A DNA stretch of 64,000 nucleotides from Syntrophales bacterium (GTDB lineage: Bacteria; Desulfobacterota; Syntrophia; Syntrophales; UBA2210), in the NCBI GenBank assembly GCA_963666365.2, contig CAXXNF010000002.1, positions 1,344,001 to 1,408,000 of the forward strand, in the 5' to 3' direction. The translations under genes were made by a program, and so were the position numbers. The notes under the pieces were generated by a model. The model did not search any database, had not been told where the DNA came from, and saw only the letters and a list, made by a program, of their open reading frames with translations. Of the stretch, positions 60,833-64,000 are shown piece by piece; the stretch's first letter is position 1; each line of letters starts with the position of its first letter.

Positions 60833-61401
60833 TTTCGGCTCACCATCCTATCCAAGAAGTCATTAACCATCATCTCATGGTCGTCTTTTCCAATGTTTTT
60901 CTTGATGATTTCCTCGGCCATCTGAACGGAGAGCTCCGTTGCCTCCGCCCTCAACTCGATTACCGCCCGCTTGTATTCCTGATCGATGCGGGCTTTTGCA
61001 TCTTCTTTCATTTTCACCGCCGCAGCTTCCGCCTCGGCAAGTATCTTTGCCTTCTCTTCGGCGCCCTGCGATTTTATCATTTCAGCAATTCCGCTTATTT
61101 CGGACGAAGCTTTTTCCAGTTTCATATTGCATTCGTCGAGTTTTTTCTGCGCTTCCGCTCGGGCTACTTCAGCCGCCTCAAGCGAGGTTTTTATTTCGGC
61201 GCGTCTCCCCACAAAGAAACCCTTGATCCCCTTGGCAGTCAACTTGTAAAGCACGGCCGCCAGAATAACAAAGTTGAGCATGCGCCATCCGAAGTTTGCA
61301 AGCTGATCACCATGTGCTTCGCCCCCCTCTCCACCGCCCGAGGCGTAGGCCACGCCGACCGTCACCACCACTAACGCGAGAGCAAATAGAAACCGTTTCA
61401 T
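60829..61401 (-). CDS. atpF: ATP synthase F0 subunit b
   Basis: TM with NF motif followed by Ala/Glu/Lys coiled coil; operon position. Confidence 0.9.
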   Translation of the reverse strand: MKRFLFALALVVVTVGVAYASGGGEGGEAHGDQLANFGWRMLNFVILAAVLYKLTAKGIKGFFVGRRAEIKTSLEAAEVARAEAQKKLDECNMKLEKASSEISGIAEMIKSQGAEEKAKILAEAEAAAVKMKEDAKARIDQEYKRAVIELRAEATELSVQMAEEIIKKNIGKDDHEMMVNDFLDRMVSRN

Positions 61402-61826
61402 TGGACGCTCCTTCCCAGCACCTTTTCGGAAATCTCCCGGGCAATCTCCTGTGTCCGCTCCTGCAAGGTCCGCCTGGCCTGCTCTTTTTCGGCGGCAACC
61501 TTCGCCTTGAAATCCTGAATCATCGCGGTCACTTCATCACGAGTATCGGCAAGAATTTTCTTCCCCGCTTCCGCCCCTTCGTTTTTGATTTCCTCGCGCT
61601 GATTCATCGCATCAACTCGCGCCTGGCGGAGCGTTTCTTCATAATCAGCCACTTTTTGCTCAATCAGATCATCAAAAGACCCTACGGTTTCTTTTGACTC
61701 TTCGACGCGTTTTTTCCTGGCATCGATGACCTTCATGATCGGCTTGTAAAGGATAATGTTGAGAACAAAAATTAGGATAAGAAAATTAATCATTTGAATT
61801 AGGAGTGTTGAATTAAGGTCAATCAT
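61398..61826 (-). CDS. ATP synthase F0 subunit b'
   Basis: QMINFLIL...LYKPI....D.R, coiled coil. Confidence 0.9.
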   Translation of the reverse strand: MIDLNSTLLIQMINFLILIFVLNIILYKPIMKVIDARKKRVEESKETVGSFDDLIEQKVADYEETLRQARVDAMNQREEIKNEGAEAGKKILADTRDEVTAMIQDFKAKVAAEKEQARRTLQERTQEIAREISEKVLGRSVQ

Positions 61827-62085
61827 CTGTCACCTCGTATAGAAACACCCGCAAGGGGGGGGATTGAAACTCTTAAAAAAAGCAACGTGCAACTGCTTAA
61901 AAAGGCAATCTCCAAAATCGGGCTCGTAATAATCATAACTCGTAAGGGTTGTCAAGCATTTTTTGACCACCGGTCACAAATAAGACAGCAATCTCAGGAA
62001 AGAAAAAAGAAAGCACCTAAAAATAATTGATATACCAAGAAACAGTCTATAATCAGGCCCCATCTAAACCGTTATTGTGCGATGG

Positions 62086-63195
62086 CTACGACTGAAGTAC
62101 GAATCTCCTCATGCTTACATTCATCACCAGCCCCATGGATATGAGAAGCACCACCATGGATGAACCGCCATAACTCATAAAGGGAAGCGGAATGCCCACA
62201 ACGGGGAGCAGGCCAATCACCATGCCCATATTGATACAGACAGCCCAGAATATCAGCATGGTAGCGCCGTAGGCAATCATCAATCCGGGAAGATCCCGGG
62301 CCCGCCTGCCGATGCGAAAACCCCACAAGAGCAGTGTCACAAACAGGAACAACAGCACCATCACTCCCAGAAATCCCCACTCCTCCGCAAATACGGAAAA
62401 CACAAAATCGGTTTGCTGTTCAGGAAGAAATTTCAGTTGACTCTGGGTTCCTTTCAAAAATCCCTTTCCCGCGATACCCCCTGATCCTATTGCAATAATC
62501 GATTGTATAATGTGATAGCCGGAACCAAGGGGATCTAATCCCGGATTCAAGAAAGTGAGCAGGCGTTCTTTTTGATAATCCTTCATGAAAAACCACAGAA
62601 GCGGAAGCAGAAGCACAGCCGTTCCGCCCAAAGCGATCAATGTTCTTTTTTCTATACCCACAAAAAGAATAATAGAACAGAAAAGGATGCCCAGAAAGAG
62701 TGCCGTCCCAAGGTCCGGCTGTTTGAGTATCATCAGACAGGGGATCACTACCATCGCGAAAGGAATCAGAAGAGTCTGGATCGTATAGCCTCCGGGAATC
62801 TTATGTTCGTCGATGAATTTGGTCAGTGCGATAATCATGGTCAGCTTGACCAGCTCCGACGGTTGAAAAGAAAACCCCCAGAGCACAAGCCACCGCTGCG
62901 AGCCATGGGTGACTTGACCGTATAGAAATACCGTCGCTAAAAGAAGGATGGATAGGCCATAGAGCAGATATCCGTATCTGATGATCACGTGATAGTCAAC
63001 AAAGACCACGGGGATCATAAGGGCGAACCCGATCGCAATCCAGTAGACCTGCTTCATGTAGGCGGGAGTCGCGCTTGCATGAAGAAGATTATGTCCCGCA
63101 CTGTATAAATTCAGGAGGCCTATGGCACATATGGAAAAAACCAGCACCGGCAGGACCCATTCAAAATTTATCAAAACTCTTCTGTCGAGTTTCAT
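62086..63195 (-). CDS. rodA: Rod shape-determining protein RodA
   Basis: FQPSELVK, QPDLGT, GYHIIQS..AIGSGG, PEQQTDF, LPFMSYGGS; follows PBP2. Confidence 0.95.
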   Translation of the reverse strand: MKLDRRVLINFEWVLPVLVFSICAIGLLNLYSAGHNLLHASATPAYMKQVYWIAIGFALMIPVVFVDYHVIIRYGYLLYGLSILLLATVFLYGQVTHGSQRWLVLWGFSFQPSELVKLTMIIALTKFIDEHKIPGGYTIQTLLIPFAMVVIPCLMILKQPDLGTALFLGILFCSIILFVGIEKRTLIALGGTAVLLLPLLWFFMKDYQKERLLTFLNPGLDPLGSGYHIIQSIIAIGSGGIAGKGFLKGTQSQLKFLPEQQTDFVFSVFAEEWGFLGVMVLLFLFVTLLLWGFRIGRRARDLPGLMIAYGATMLIFWAVCINMGMVIGLLPVVGIPLPFMSYGGSSMVVLLISMGLVMNVSMRRFVLQS

Positions 63196-64000
63196 GACCG
63201 CTCTTTTTTCAATTCGAAGTATCGATCAAGTACTTTTCTGGCGATCGGCGCCGCTGCCGATCCCCCGTGCCCGCCATGTTCGACGATCACCATAATTGCT
63301 ATTTCCGGTTGTTCCTTCGGAGCAAAACAGACAAACAGCGCATGATCTCTAAGTTTATAGGGAACTTTTTCTTCATCGGCGTCATCTCCCTCCTCCGGCA
63401 AACCGATCACCTGAGCCGTCCCTGTCTTTCCGCAGACATCCCGTTCATCTCTCATGAGCGCTCTGCCCGTACCCCTGGGTTCATTCACGGCGCCCCAAAG
63501 AGCCTTTTTCATAAGTTTTATTGTGTCTGCACTCAGGGGAAGACGCCCTTCCACCACGGGGGGATACTCGTTCACTCTGTCCCCCCCCGATGATTCAACC
63601 CTCTCTATAATCCTCGGCCTGTAGAGCGTTCCTCCGTTTGCAATCGCGCAGTAGGCGCGAATAAGCTGAAGCGGCGTCACCAGAATAAAACCCTGACCAA
63701 TTGAAAGCACTATGGTTTCTCCCTTCTGCCATGGCTCGTTGAATCGTGCACGTTTCCATTGCGTTGAGGGGACCAACCCGGGTCGCTCTCCCGTAAGTTC
63801 GATGCCCGTTCTTTCTCCAAAACCGAATTTTCGCGCGTAGTCCGATAGGGTGTCGACGCCGATTTTTGCGCCCAGGCTATAGAAAAACACATCACAGGAC
63901 TGCACGATCGCTTTGTATAAATCGACCTCTCCATGGCCGTGCTTCTTCCAGCATCGATAGGTATGGTTTCCCAGCTGGTACTGCCCATTGCAATATACCG
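63192..64000 (-). CDS. mrdA: Penicillin-binding protein 2 (5' part outside window)
   Basis: SCD, IGQG, KTGTAQV, DHALF, VEHGGHG. Confidence 0.92.
   Translation of the reverse strand, partial: VYCNGQYQLGNHTYRCWKKHGHGEVDLYKAIVQSCDVFFYSLGAKIGVDTLSDYARKFGFGERTGIELTGERPGLVPSTQWKRARFNEPWQKGETIVLSIGQGFILVTPLQLIRAYCAIANGGTLYRPRIIERVESSGGDRVNEYPPVVEGRLPLSADTIKLMKKALWGAVNEPRGTGRALMRDERDVCGKTGTAQVIGLPEEGDDADEEKVPYKLRDHALFVCFAPKEQPEIAIMVIVEHGGHGGSAAAPIARKVLDRYFELKKERS

Overview
Bacterial chromosomal segment. Gene order and content (split atp operon with b'/b-delta-alpha-gamma-beta-epsilon only, pgpA-cinA-thpR-recA-recX-alaS, folE2, many acyl-CoA genes) suggest an anaerobic deltaproteobacterium (Desulfobacterota, probably Syntrophales-like). 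This assignment is inference. Most of the window is housekeeping and metabolism: glyQS, acyl-CoA enzymes, GlcD/GlcF-like oxidoreductase, nucleotide-sugar genes, pterin genes, mnmG, recA cluster, dinB, ATP synthase, rodA/mrdA. Stand-out items: (1) an ~11.4-kb gene for a giant secreted protein of about 19 PPC/collagen-binding-like repeats plus PKD, Ig, dockerin and lectin modules, broken by a -1 frameshift and preceded by a CRP-type box and a ~300-nt structured leader; (2) a three-gene cassette of a PAS-LuxR regulator plus cytoplasmic and Tat-exported paralogous flavin reductases with a non-fumarate active site and no cytochrome; (3) an AdoMetDC-aminopropyltransferase fusion resembling animal spermine synthase, behind a structured leader; (4) a Cys-less PTPS-III-type 'QueD'; (5) mnmG head-to-head with a TIGR01212/MnmL-like radical SAM gene; (6) a Gram-positive-type SOS box on the dinB promoter; (7) a dispersed REP/REPIN-like palindrome family that supplies stop codons and C-termini to genes, plus 7-, 9- and 10-mer tandem repeats. 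I recognised no rRNA, tRNA, CRISPR array, integrase or transposase. All protein calls come from motif recognition by eye, not from database searches.
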